Below are positions 35,716 to 43,468 of a stretch of 43,468 nucleotides of DNA, piece after piece. This stretch comes from a virus (lineage: Duplodnaviria; Caudoviricetes), in the IMG/VR virus record IMGVR_UViG_3300009702_000041, positions 1-43,468 of that record. The stretch is one strand, 5' to 3'. The position numbers and the translations under genes were made by a program. Position 1 is the stretch's first letter. Every line of letters starts with the position of its first letter. A model generated the notes under the pieces. The model was not told the origin of the DNA. It ran no database searches and worked only from the letters and a program-made list of their open reading frames with translations.

Positions 35716-36486
35716 ATGGCTGCATTACCATATTATTATGATAATCAAATAAAAAGATATATACTTCAATTTATGGAAATTTTTACCGGATTGCAAGTAA
35801 TGACTGGTATTAGAGAAGATAATACTACAAAAATGTTAGAAGTTCCTATTAGATATGGTGATTCTGATAAAATTGTTGCTAATATTAAATCGGCAGCTAC
35901 ACAAAATAAAATGTTACGATTACCAATAATGAGTACTGCTTATACAGGATTCCAATTAGATCCATCATTAAGAAAAGGTATATCATACGAACGAAAAAAA
36001 GTTTATTTAGAACGTGGAGGTGTATATCCAAATGATATTAAAGTATCACATCAATATATGCCAATTCCATATAGATTAGAAACAGAAGTTTCAATTTATA
36101 CCAGCAATATAGAACAACAATTGCAAATATTAGAACAATTATTAGTTTTATTTGATCCAACTTTACAACTTCAAACTAATGATAATTATTTTGATTGGAC
36201 TAAAATGACAACAGTTACATTAGAAAATATAGGATTAGAAAATAATTATCCTATAGGATCTGATAAAAACATTAGAGTTATTAGTTTATTATTTTCATTA
36301 CCTATATATTTAGCTATTCCAGCCAATATCAGAAAAGATTATATTGCAGATATTTTAGTTAGAATTGGTGTTGTTAAAACAGATTCTAATACACCAGAAG
36401 AAATAATCGCTGACCTAGATGCACAAGGATTAGATTATGAAAAATGGTTTGATTTAAGTGAAGTTGATATTAATAAAATACAATAA
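35716..36486 (+). CDS. gp15: Tail terminator/sheath stabiliser (T4 gp15-like)
   Basis: YYYDNQIKRY..QF..IF, VPIRYG, RLPIMS, PIPY.L, QILEQ...F.P. Confidence 0.9.
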   Translation: MAALPYYYDNQIKRYILQFMEIFTGLQVMTGIREDNTTKMLEVPIRYGDSDKIVANIKSAATQNKMLRLPIMSTAYTGFQLDPSLRKGISYERKKVYLERGGVYPNDIKVSHQYMPIPYRLETEVSIYTSNIEQQLQILEQLLVLFDPTLQLQTNDNYFDWTKMTTVTLENIGLENNYPIGSDKNIRVISLLFSLPIYLAIPANIRKDYIADILVRIGVVKTDSNTPEEIIADLDAQGLDYEKWFDLSEVDINKIQ

Positions 36487-36519
36487 TTAAGTAAAAATAT
36501 CTTTATATGGAGATAAATT

Positions 36520-37380
36520 ATGAAAAAAAGAGCGTTATTAGTAGGAATAAATTATACTGGAACACGAAATGAATTACGTGGATGCATAAATGATGTTATA
36601 TTAATGAATAATACCATTACTCATAAATTTGGATTTACAGATAATAAAAATAAAAGAACATTAACAGATAGTTCTGCAACAACCCAAAATATATTAGAAA
36701 GATTAGAATGGTTAGTTGATGATGCACAACCAGGTGATGTATTATTTTTTCATTATTCCGGTCACGGTAGCCAAATTATTTCTACCGATTATAACAATGA
36801 TTATGAACCAGACGGCAAAGATGAAATTATTTGTCCAATAGACCTTAATTGGAGAGATAAAGTAATCAAAGATGATGATTTTAAAAGAATATTTTCTAGA
36901 TTACCAGAAGATGTTAATTTAACAATATTGTTAGATTGTTGCCATTCAGGCGATGGCATTGATAATGGATATGAATATAAACCTACAATGTTAACTGAAA
37001 AATCTCAAGATATTGTTGAATCACCAAATAGAAATAGATTATTACCAATGCCGGTAGATATTGAATCAAGAGGATTTGGTCTAAAATTACAAACAAGAAA
37101 AGTTGGTGCAATTCAACGTGATTCTTCTAATAGTGGATTATTAATAAGCGGCTGCCAATCACAACAAACAAGTGCTGATGCATGGATCCATAATAAATTT
37201 CAAGGTGCAGCAACATTCTTTTTAAATTATGTATTAGCTAAACATAATTATAATTGCACTTATTTAACTTTAATTGACCATATGAATATTAAATTAAATA
37301 AATATAAATATCAACAAAGACCTGAATTAGATGGCAATAAAAAATTATTTAAAAAGAATTTTTTACAACCATTCATTTAA
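36520..37380 (+). CDS. Metacaspase (peptidase C14)
   Basis: KRALLVGINY, LRGCINDV, HYSGHG (catalytic His), DCCHSG (catalytic Cys), SGC...QTSAD. Confidence 0.95.
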   Translation: MKKRALLVGINYTGTRNELRGCINDVILMNNTITHKFGFTDNKNKRTLTDSSATTQNILERLEWLVDDAQPGDVLFFHYSGHGSQIISTDYNNDYEPDGKDEIICPIDLNWRDKVIKDDDFKRIFSRLPEDVNLTILLDCCHSGDGIDNGYEYKPTMLTEKSQDIVESPNRNRLLPMPVDIESRGFGLKLQTRKVGAIQRDSSNSGLLISGCQSQQTSADAWIHNKFQGAATFFLNYVLAKHNYNCTYLTLIDHMNIKLNKYKYQQRPELDGNKKLFKKNFLQPFI

Positions 37381-37391
37381 AGGAAATAAAA

Positions 37392-37562
37392 ATGTTATTA
37401 GAAGAAATTAATAGAATTGTTACAATAACTCCTGGAATCAAAAAGAAAGGATTCCAGGAATTAGATTTTAAACAAATGTTATCCAAACCAAAAAAGAAAA
37501 AAGAATTTAAAGAATTAGATTTTAAAGCAGCTCTTAAACGAGCTCCGGTTTCTACACAATAA
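37392..37562 (+). CDS. Small basic hypothetical protein (56 aa, not in ORF track)
   Basis: SD AAGGA; MLLEEINRIVTITPGIKKKGFQELDFKQMLSKPKKKKEFKELDFKAALKRAPVSTQ*; internal F.ELDFK repeat. Confidence 0.6.
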   Translation: MLLEEINRIVTITPGIKKKGFQELDFKQMLSKPKKKKEFKELDFKAALKRAPVSTQ

Positions 37563-37871
37563 TTAAATTTTTCGATTATTATCTTCGATTCTGCCTTTAG
37601 CAGCTTTATAGGCAGAATCACCTTTTGTATTTACTAAATTAGCTTCATCATCTAATAATTGTAATCTAGAATAACCATACATATCAATAATTTCATCAAA
37701 AAGATTTTTTAAATCATTACCTTCATACGTATCTGTAATTTGTCCTTTTGGTTCATCATAAATAAAAGCTTTATACAAAGGTCCATTATTATCATCAGAT
37801 TTACGTAGTTGTTCAACTTTAATAAAACCATTTGATTTTGATTCTTTTAACAATTCTTTTAATAGTGTCAT
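37563..37871 (-). CDS. Hypothetical protein (102 aa)
   Basis: SD AAGGA; MTLLKELLKES start; late promoter upstream. Confidence 0.7.
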   Translation of the reverse strand: MTLLKELLKESKSNGFIKVEQLRKSDDNNGPLYKAFIYDEPKGQITDTYEGNDLKNLFDEIIDMYGYSRLQLLDDEANLVNTKGDSAYKAAKGRIEDNNRKI

Positions 37872-37898
37872 TACAATTCCTTAAATAAATATTTATGT

Positions 37899-39536
37899 TT
37901 ATTTATAAATCCATACTTGATTACCGCAATCATATATCTTTCGATATCCATTCAAATACATATTCTCAGTTTCTGATAATTTTGAATCAAATTCCTCTAA
38001 TTTATTATTTAATTTATGCTTTTGATAACCAAGCCTTGATTCTATATAATACTGCCCAGGTTTCCAATAAAAATAATTTGGTTTACTTTCATGACTTAAT
38101 TCAAATCCTAATTTTTTATATAAACCACCATCACTTCGTCTCATATCTGCATAACTAATTATACTCCCATCATAATTTTTAAGAAAATATTTAAATAAAC
38201 GTGATGCTCCTCCAATAACCGAATATCCTATTTTATTACAAAACCTTAACAATTCCCAATCAATTTTCTTGTTAAATCTGGATTTACCAAATGTCATCAA
38301 TGATACTAATTCATTATTGTAATATAAACCTATATTAATAGAACTATTACACTGACCTTGTAAATGATTATTTTCTAAAAATTCTTTAATTTCTTTAAAT
38401 AATATTTTTCTAATTTTACATTTTCTAGCAAATATTTTGGAAGATTTTCCTAATTTATTTCTAATTATAGATTTCCAAATTTCTTGTTTAATAGGATTTT
38501 CCCATTCATTTTCAAAAATATGCAATAACTGTATACCAAGGTTTTTACATAATTTTGTCTTATTTAAATGGCGATTTTTATCTTCAGCATCCATTGAATA
38601 TGATGAATGCCAAAATAAACCATTATATTCTATTGCTAAATTATAATCAGGGATATAAATATCAAGTTCTAAAGACTTAATTATTTGTCGATTACCAGAT
38701 ATAACATTATTACTTAAAGACCGACAAAATTCTAAAATTTTATTTTCAGCTATCGATTTATTATAAGGATAACACCTAAGACACCGAATCTGTTCTTGTC
38801 CATATTTAATTCGAATTTCACCACATTTATGTTGATATTTTATTCTATTATTAATAATATAATCATCTTTCAATGATAATAATGTATAATCCTTTAATTG
38901 ATTTAAAAATAATTTTTTTATATTATTAAAACTATTTTTTCTTTTTAATATTTTACTCTTTTCTAATGATATATCATAAATTGATAATCCAGTTTCAGGA
39001 TTAATCTTTTTCATTGTAATAGCCGCTTTTTTAGCTCCAACTTGATATCCAGTTAATCCAGTTTCAGGATTAACTTTACCCATCATTTCTTTTGTTTTTA
39101 TTGCAATTTCTTGAGCTTTAGTCAATCCTGTTTCAAAATTAATCTCATTTTTAGTTTTTGCTTGATTAATTCCTGCCATTTGATAACCAGTCAATCCAGT
39201 TTCAGAATTAATTTTAGAATTTGTTTCTTTTCTTTTTATTTCAATCTCTTGTGACCTAGTCAATCCGGTTTTAGAATTAATTTTATTTCTAGTACATTTA
39301 AATGAACAACATTTAATTTCATTTTTTTTAATTTTAGTTGGTTTACCACATACTGGACATTTAACTTGTTCATATATATTATTTTTTATATACCAAATTC
39401 TTTCAACACAATTAGCATCATAATTTAAAAATGATGTTTCATCCCATAATAATTCTTTAATATCCTTATTCCGCATCGAATTCATTAATCCCCTAACAGA
39501 ATAATCCTTAATTTTTATTAATTCATTTGAATACAT
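37899..39536 (-). CDS. Hef-like/Vsr-type endonuclease family, copy 6 (5 repeats; start placed at ATG 39536)
   Basis: MYSNELIK, CPVC/CSFKC, five INxETGL repeats, nuclease and SYADMRRSDGGLYKKLGF motifs. Confidence 0.9.
   Translation of the reverse strand: MYSNELIKIKDYSVRGLMNSMRNKDIKELLWDETSFLNYDANCVERIWYIKNNIYEQVKCPVCGKPTKIKKNEIKCCSFKCTRNKINSKTGLTRSQEIEIKRKETNSKINSETGLTGYQMAGINQAKTKNEINFETGLTKAQEIAIKTKEMMGKVNPETGLTGYQVGAKKAAITMKKINPETGLSIYDISLEKSKILKRKNSFNNIKKLFLNQLKDYTLLSLKDDYIINNRIKYQHKCGEIRIKYGQEQIRCLRCYPYNKSIAENKILEFCRSLSNNVISGNRQIIKSLELDIYIPDYNLAIEYNGLFWHSSYSMDAEDKNRHLNKTKLCKNLGIQLLHIFENEWENPIKQEIWKSIIRNKLGKSSKIFARKCKIRKILFKEIKEFLENNHLQGQCNSSINIGLYYNNELVSLMTFGKSRFNKKIDWELLRFCNKIGYSVIGGASRLFKYFLKNYDGSIISYADMRRSDGGLYKKLGFELSHESKPNYFYWKPGQYYIESRLGYQKHKLNNKLEEFDSKLSETENMYLNGYRKIYDCGNQVWIYK
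37900..37907 (-). promoter_or_regulatory. Late promoter formed by the last codons of nuclease copy 6
   Basis: TAT AAA TAA = TATAAATA upstream of the 37871 start. Confidence 0.55.
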
Positions 39537-39565
39537 AATAATATTATAAACTTTTATACAAATAC

Positions 39566-39573
39566 TATAAATA
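39566..39573 (+). promoter_or_regulatory. T4-type late promoter for the sheath gene
   Basis: TATAAATA 116 nt upstream of ATG. Confidence 0.7.
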
Positions 39574-39577
39574 TTTA

Positions 39578-39681
39578 TTGTAGAAAACAACCTAAATGTT
39601 GACCAGAAGTAATTCCCCTGGTTCTACGGCACAAAAGGGAATACGTATTACGGAAAATAACTATTTAAAACATTTAAGGAG
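39578..39681 (+). ncRNA. Candidate cis-regulatory structured RNA leader of the tail sheath mRNA
   Basis: Three-way junction plus loop pseudoknot, and an alternative anti-SD helix (see findings). Confidence 0.5.
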
Positions 39682-39689
39682 AATTAAAA

Positions 39690-41792
39690 ATGGCATTAGT
39701 TTCCCCAGGAGTATCAGTCTCAATTACTGATGAATCATTCTTTGTTCCAACATCAGCGGTAACAGTTCCACTGATATTTGTAGCAACAGAAGATGAAAAA
39801 TTACAACCAGATGGTTTAACAGACGCACCAGGAACATTTGAATGGGATGTTGTTAGAACTGTTACATCGAGAAAACAAGCATTAGATTTATACGGTATCC
39901 CAAGATTCTTAGCAGATACCGCTGGAAATCAATTTCATGGCGATGCAAGAAATGAATATGGTCTATTTGCGTTAAATCAATTCCTAGGAGTTGGTAACAG
40001 AGCTTTTGTTGTCAGAGCAAATGTCAATTTAAATGACGATTTAACAGCAATCAGAGCACTATGGAATAAAAAAATTGCCGCAGCAGGTTTACTTGTTGAA
40101 TCTTTAGCACAAGATTTTATTAATGAATTCAATATAACTAACGGCTATATACCAGGTGATGCAACTGCTGGATATCAAGAAATTGATTACGGAAATTCAA
40201 TTGTTGGTACAAATTTAGTCGGTTTATCAGCAAATACCTATGATTTTTCTATCAATATAGACGGTGGAGGTTTTAACTCTACCACAGTAACTTTATCAGG
40301 TAGCGAAACTTTTGATCAATTAATAACTGCCATCAATGGTGCTATCACTGGTGCAACAGCTTCAATTGTAAACGGACAATTACGTTTCACAAGTGGATCA
40401 TCTGGTACATCTTCAACAATCGGTTTAACAAATGGTACTACATTAGATTTATTTGCAGCAATTGTAAGTTATGTCGGATTATTAACCCCAGTAAATGGTG
40501 TTGATTTATTTAAAGTAACAGTAACAGGCCCAGAATTAATTTCTATTGTAACAGAAGCTACAAATACAACACTATTTAGCAGTAACCAACAATCATTTGG
40601 TTCAGTATTTGGATCATTTTCTTTTAGTACATTAGAACCTATATTCTTTTCTGATCTTACAGCAACACCACTAAATGTATTTGCAAATGGCTTTGATCTA
40701 CCAGCAACTGGAACATTTATTGGATTTAATGGCCAAGTTGCAGACTGGGTTACCAATCTATTAGGAACATTAATTGCTGATGAATTTACCCCTATAGAAG
40801 GATCAAATTTATTCATAGCAGTTGCCGATGATTTTCAATATACAAAAGAATTTAGAAACGGTACAAGTTTAGGTGCTAATGATGCCGCTCGTCGTGTTGC
40901 TATTACAACAGCATTACAAGCAACTATCAATAGCAATACCGAAGTCCGTTCTGAAAATTTTGAATTTAATTTAATACTATGTCCTGGATATCATGAAGTT
41001 GTTGACGAAATGATTGCACTATCCGTTGATATTTTAGAAGAAGCTCTTGTTATTGGTGATACCCCAATGAATATGAATAATTCAGATGTCGTTGCATGGG
41101 CCGGTACAACAGCTCGTCAAATATCACCTCATGTAGCCTATTATTATCCTCATCAATTAGCATCTAATTTAGATGGTGTCAATATATTAGCCGCAGCATC
41201 AGGTACAGCATTAAGAACTTATACATTTAATGATAACGTTTCTCAATTATGGTTTGCACCTGCCGGTACAAGACGTGGTCTAATATCAGGAATTACAGAT
41301 GTAGGTTATGTATCAGGTACATTAGGTGGTCCAACAACCTTTGAACCTCTTCATGTCAATTTAGGCCAAAGAGACGATTTATATAAATATTTCACAAATA
41401 TTAATCCAATGGTATTTTTCCCAGGTCGTGGATTCCTAGTATGGGGACAAAAAACATCCAACCCAGATGCCTCAGCATTAGACAGAGTCAACGTTTCTAG
41501 AATGATCAAATATATTAAACGCCAATTACGTAAAAATACATTATCATTTGTATTTGAACCTAATGACCAATTAACAAGAGATCATCTAAAAACTGTTGTT
41601 GATGCTTTCCTAGGTGACCTAATCATTAAACGTGGCCTATTCGATGCAGTCTCAGTCAGTGATGAATCAAACAATACACCTGACAGAATAGACCGCAATG
41701 AATTGTACATTGATATTGCACTAAAACCTACAAAATCAGCTGAGTTCATCCTTATACCAATTCGAATTGTTAACACAGGAACCGATATATAA
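39690..41792 (+). CDS. gp18: Tail sheath protein (T4 gp18-like)
   Basis: LVSPGV...DES, WFAPAG.RRG, INP...PG.G...WGQKT...SALDRVNV.R, FEPND..TR, DESNNTP..IDRNEL. Confidence 0.97.
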   Translation: MALVSPGVSVSITDESFFVPTSAVTVPLIFVATEDEKLQPDGLTDAPGTFEWDVVRTVTSRKQALDLYGIPRFLADTAGNQFHGDARNEYGLFALNQFLGVGNRAFVVRANVNLNDDLTAIRALWNKKIAAAGLLVESLAQDFINEFNITNGYIPGDATAGYQEIDYGNSIVGTNLVGLSANTYDFSINIDGGGFNSTTVTLSGSETFDQLITAINGAITGATASIVNGQLRFTSGSSGTSSTIGLTNGTTLDLFAAIVSYVGLLTPVNGVDLFKVTVTGPELISIVTEATNTTLFSSNQQSFGSVFGSFSFSTLEPIFFSDLTATPLNVFANGFDLPATGTFIGFNGQVADWVTNLLGTLIADEFTPIEGSNLFIAVADDFQYTKEFRNGTSLGANDAARRVAITTALQATINSNTEVRSENFEFNLILCPGYHEVVDEMIALSVDILEEALVIGDTPMNMNNSDVVAWAGTTARQISPHVAYYYPHQLASNLDGVNILAAASGTALRTYTFNDNVSQLWFAPAGTRRGLISGITDVGYVSGTLGGPTTFEPLHVNLGQRDDLYKYFTNINPMVFFPGRGFLVWGQKTSNPDASALDRVNVSRMIKYIKRQLRKNTLSFVFEPNDQLTRDHLKTVVDAFLGDLIIKRGLFDAVSVSDESNNTPDRIDRNELYIDIALKPTKSAEFILIPIRIVNTGTDI

Positions 41793-41835
41793 CAATAACT
41801 TAGGTGATGTTTTTAATCTAATTTGGATTAACTTT

Positions 41836-41871
41836 AAAGGTCAATATTATTTTATAATATTGGCCTTTTTT
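41836..41871 (+). terminator. Intrinsic terminator after the sheath gene
   Basis: AAAGGTCAATATTAT-TTT-ATAATATTGGCCTTT plus T-run. Confidence 0.85.
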
Positions 41872-41878
41872 ATTTTAA

Positions 41879-41920
41879 TATTATGGGTTTATTATGGGTT
41901 TATTATGGGTTTATTATGGT
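41879..41920 (+). repeat. Non-coding 11-bp tandem repeat
   Basis: TATTATGGGTT x3 plus TATTATGGT, running into the -10 box at 41922-41927. Confidence 0.9.
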
Positions 41921-41933
41921 ATATAATATTAAT

Positions 41934-43468
41934 ATGAAAAAATATAGTAAAGAACTTAAGGAATTATTTAATGATCCTAATATAAGAAGGCCGTCTTCTA
42001 AATGTAAGACAGGGTCTGTATTGGGTGAATTATTAATGAAAGAAACATCATTTTTGGTTAATTGTTTAAAATTATCGACTAGATTGTGGTATGTGGATAA
42101 TGATGTATTTGAACAGGTTAAATGTCCTAATTGTCAAAAACCTACAAACGTTAAAATTGATAAGAATGGGGCAAGGATTCAATTTTGTTCATTGAAATGT
42201 AGCTCTTCATATATTAATCCCGAAACTGGGTTAACAATACAAGAGCAAAATGGAATTATGCAGTCTAAAACAAAGACAAAAAAGGTTGATGGTAAATTAT
42301 CAATAGCACAAATTGGGGCTAAAAAATCGGCAGCTACAATGAAAAAAGTTGGTATTGATGGGTTATCTATATATGAAAAATCAGCTAAAAAGCAGAGCGT
42401 TACAAAAAATAAAGTAGATGATTTAACAGGGAAGACTATGGCGAAAATTGCTGGAGAAAAAGCAAAAGAGACAATGTCTAAAATTAATCCTGAAACAGGA
42501 TTGACTAAATTTCAAGAAATAGGTAAAAAAACAAGTAAAACATTAATAGAAAATCCTAATATATGTAAAGAACGGGTTATTAAAAGAAATGAAACAATGG
42601 CTGAAATTGATAAGGAAATCGGATTAAATTTATTTCAGATAGTTGGGATAAAAATAAAAGAAACATTATTTAAAATTAATCCTGAAACTGGATTAACTAG
42701 GGCTGAAGAAATTGGAATAAAAACAAGAGAAACTAATCGAAGAAAATATTATAAAAAATTATTAGTTAATTTTCCACAAAATTATAAATTATTAACATCA
42801 GAAAATGAATATTTAAATCAAAAAAATAGTTTAATTAAATATCAACATGAATGTGGTGAAGTACGAATAGCACATATACACGTAAATATTCGATGTCTTA
42901 AGTGTTGTCCTTATAATAAATCTATTGCAGAAAATGAAATTTCAGAATTTTGTCAATCTTTAACTAATAATGTTATATCTGGTAATCGACAAATAATTAA
43001 GCCTTTAGAACTTGATATTTATATGCCAGATTATAATTTAGCAATAGAATATGATGGTTTATTCTGGCATAGTTCATATTCAATTGATGCAGAAGATAAA
43101 AATTATCATCTTAACAAAACAAATTTATGTTTAGCAAAAGAAATTCAACTTCTTCATATATTTGAGAATGAATGGGAAGATCCAAATAAACGAGAAATTT
43201 GGAAATCTATAATTAGAAATAAATTAGGAAAATCTTCCAAAATATTTGCCAGAAAATGTGAATTAAAAGAAGTATCTTCAAAAGATTCTAAAGAATTTTT
43301 AGAAAATAATCATTTACAAGGAAATTGTCCAAGTTCTATTAATTTAGGATTATATTACAATAATGAATTATTATCATTAATGGCCTTTGGTAAATCCAGA
43401 TTTAATAAAAAAGTTGATTGGGAACTGTTAAGGTTTTGTAATAAGCTTAATTATTACGTTGTAGGTGC
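41934..43468 (+). CDS. Hef-like/Vsr-type endonuclease family, copy 7 (runs off window end; not in ORF track)
   Basis: Manual translation MKKYSKELKELF...CPNC...CSLKC, about 7 repeats, HECGE...RCLKC, ELDIYMP...AIEYDGLFWH...ELLRFC...VVG; open to the end. Confidence 0.92.
   Translation, partial: MKKYSKELKELFNDPNIRRPSSKCKTGSVLGELLMKETSFLVNCLKLSTRLWYVDNDVFEQVKCPNCQKPTNVKIDKNGARIQFCSLKCSSSYINPETGLTIQEQNGIMQSKTKTKKVDGKLSIAQIGAKKSAATMKKVGIDGLSIYEKSAKKQSVTKNKVDDLTGKTMAKIAGEKAKETMSKINPETGLTKFQEIGKKTSKTLIENPNICKERVIKRNETMAEIDKEIGLNLFQIVGIKIKETLFKINPETGLTRAEEIGIKTRETNRRKYYKKLLVNFPQNYKLLTSENEYLNQKNSLIKYQHECGEVRIAHIHVNIRCLKCCPYNKSIAENEISEFCQSLTNNVISGNRQIIKPLELDIYMPDYNLAIEYDGLFWHSSYSIDAEDKNYHLNKTNLCLAKEIQLLHIFENEWEDPNKREIWKSIIRNKLGKSSKIFARKCELKEVSSKDSKEFLENNHLQGNCPSSINLGLYYNNELLSLMAFGKSRFNKKVDWELLRFCNKLNYYVVG

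Noticed and set aside
19795-39536. Nuclease genes as group I intron- or intein-encoded
   Set aside because: Flanking core genes are complete and uninterrupted, several copies are antisense, and no intein motifs were seen
39598-39629. GTTGACCAG...CTACG resembling part of an IscB omegaRNA, or an HDV/theta-like ribozyme
   Set aside because: No GTCAAC partner or iscB nearby; the P3/L3 core required for HDV-like folds is missing
5936-41776. Other short ORFs overlapping long genes (e.g. 5936, 6707, 7642, 9335, 12482, 12788, 15177, 18651, 20666, 21931, 24696, 25197, 31388, 35222, 37373, 37895, 38437, 40469, 41582)
   Set aside because: Antisense or off-frame shadows of well-supported genes, with no recognisable motifs
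41879-41920. TTATGGG repeats as telomere-like or G-quadruplex sequence
   Set aside because: Only three GGG tracts, internal location in a phage promoter
1-43468. Stop-codon reassignment as seen in some AT-rich large phages; tRNA or rRNA genes
   Set aside because: Core genes are full-length in code 11 and TAA, TAG and TGA all end genes; no tRNA or rRNA-like sequence was seen in the short intergenic gaps

Overview
A very AT-rich segment of a large T4-like (probably jumbo) myophage genome in standard code 11, covering virion morphogenesis. Recognisable core genes: UvsY- and UvsW-like, prohead protease (gp21), scaffold (gp22), major capsid (gp23), neck proteins (gp13, gp14), tail terminator (gp15) and tail sheath (gp18), with T4-type late promoters (TATAAATA). 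The left third holds two converging arrays of modular fibre/adhesin genes: a 'THNL'-domain/beta-propeller family on + and three RCC1-repeat paralogues with DUF4376 chaperones on -, with pseudogene debris at the junction. About a quarter of the window (about 11 kb) is seven paralogues of one free-standing gene family. Each has a variable N-terminus (often an array of ~23-aa I(N/D)PETGLT repeats plus Zn-ribbons), a Vsr/DUF559-like PD-(D/E)XK nuclease and a C-terminal GNAT/Mom-like domain. Most carry their own sigma70-type promoter (four apparently leaderless), and copies share exact DNA tracts. This nuclease-plus-putative-DNA-acyltransferase element with repeat-encoded specificity is the best candidate for an undescribed system. 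Also notable: structured switch-like 5' leaders on the capsid and sheath genes, two 50-bp IS200/IS605(IscB)-type miniature elements at stop codons, a 977-aa neck protein with 11 tandem repeats resembling the fibre N-terminal module, and an intact metacaspase. All family calls come from motif recognition by eye; no searches were run.
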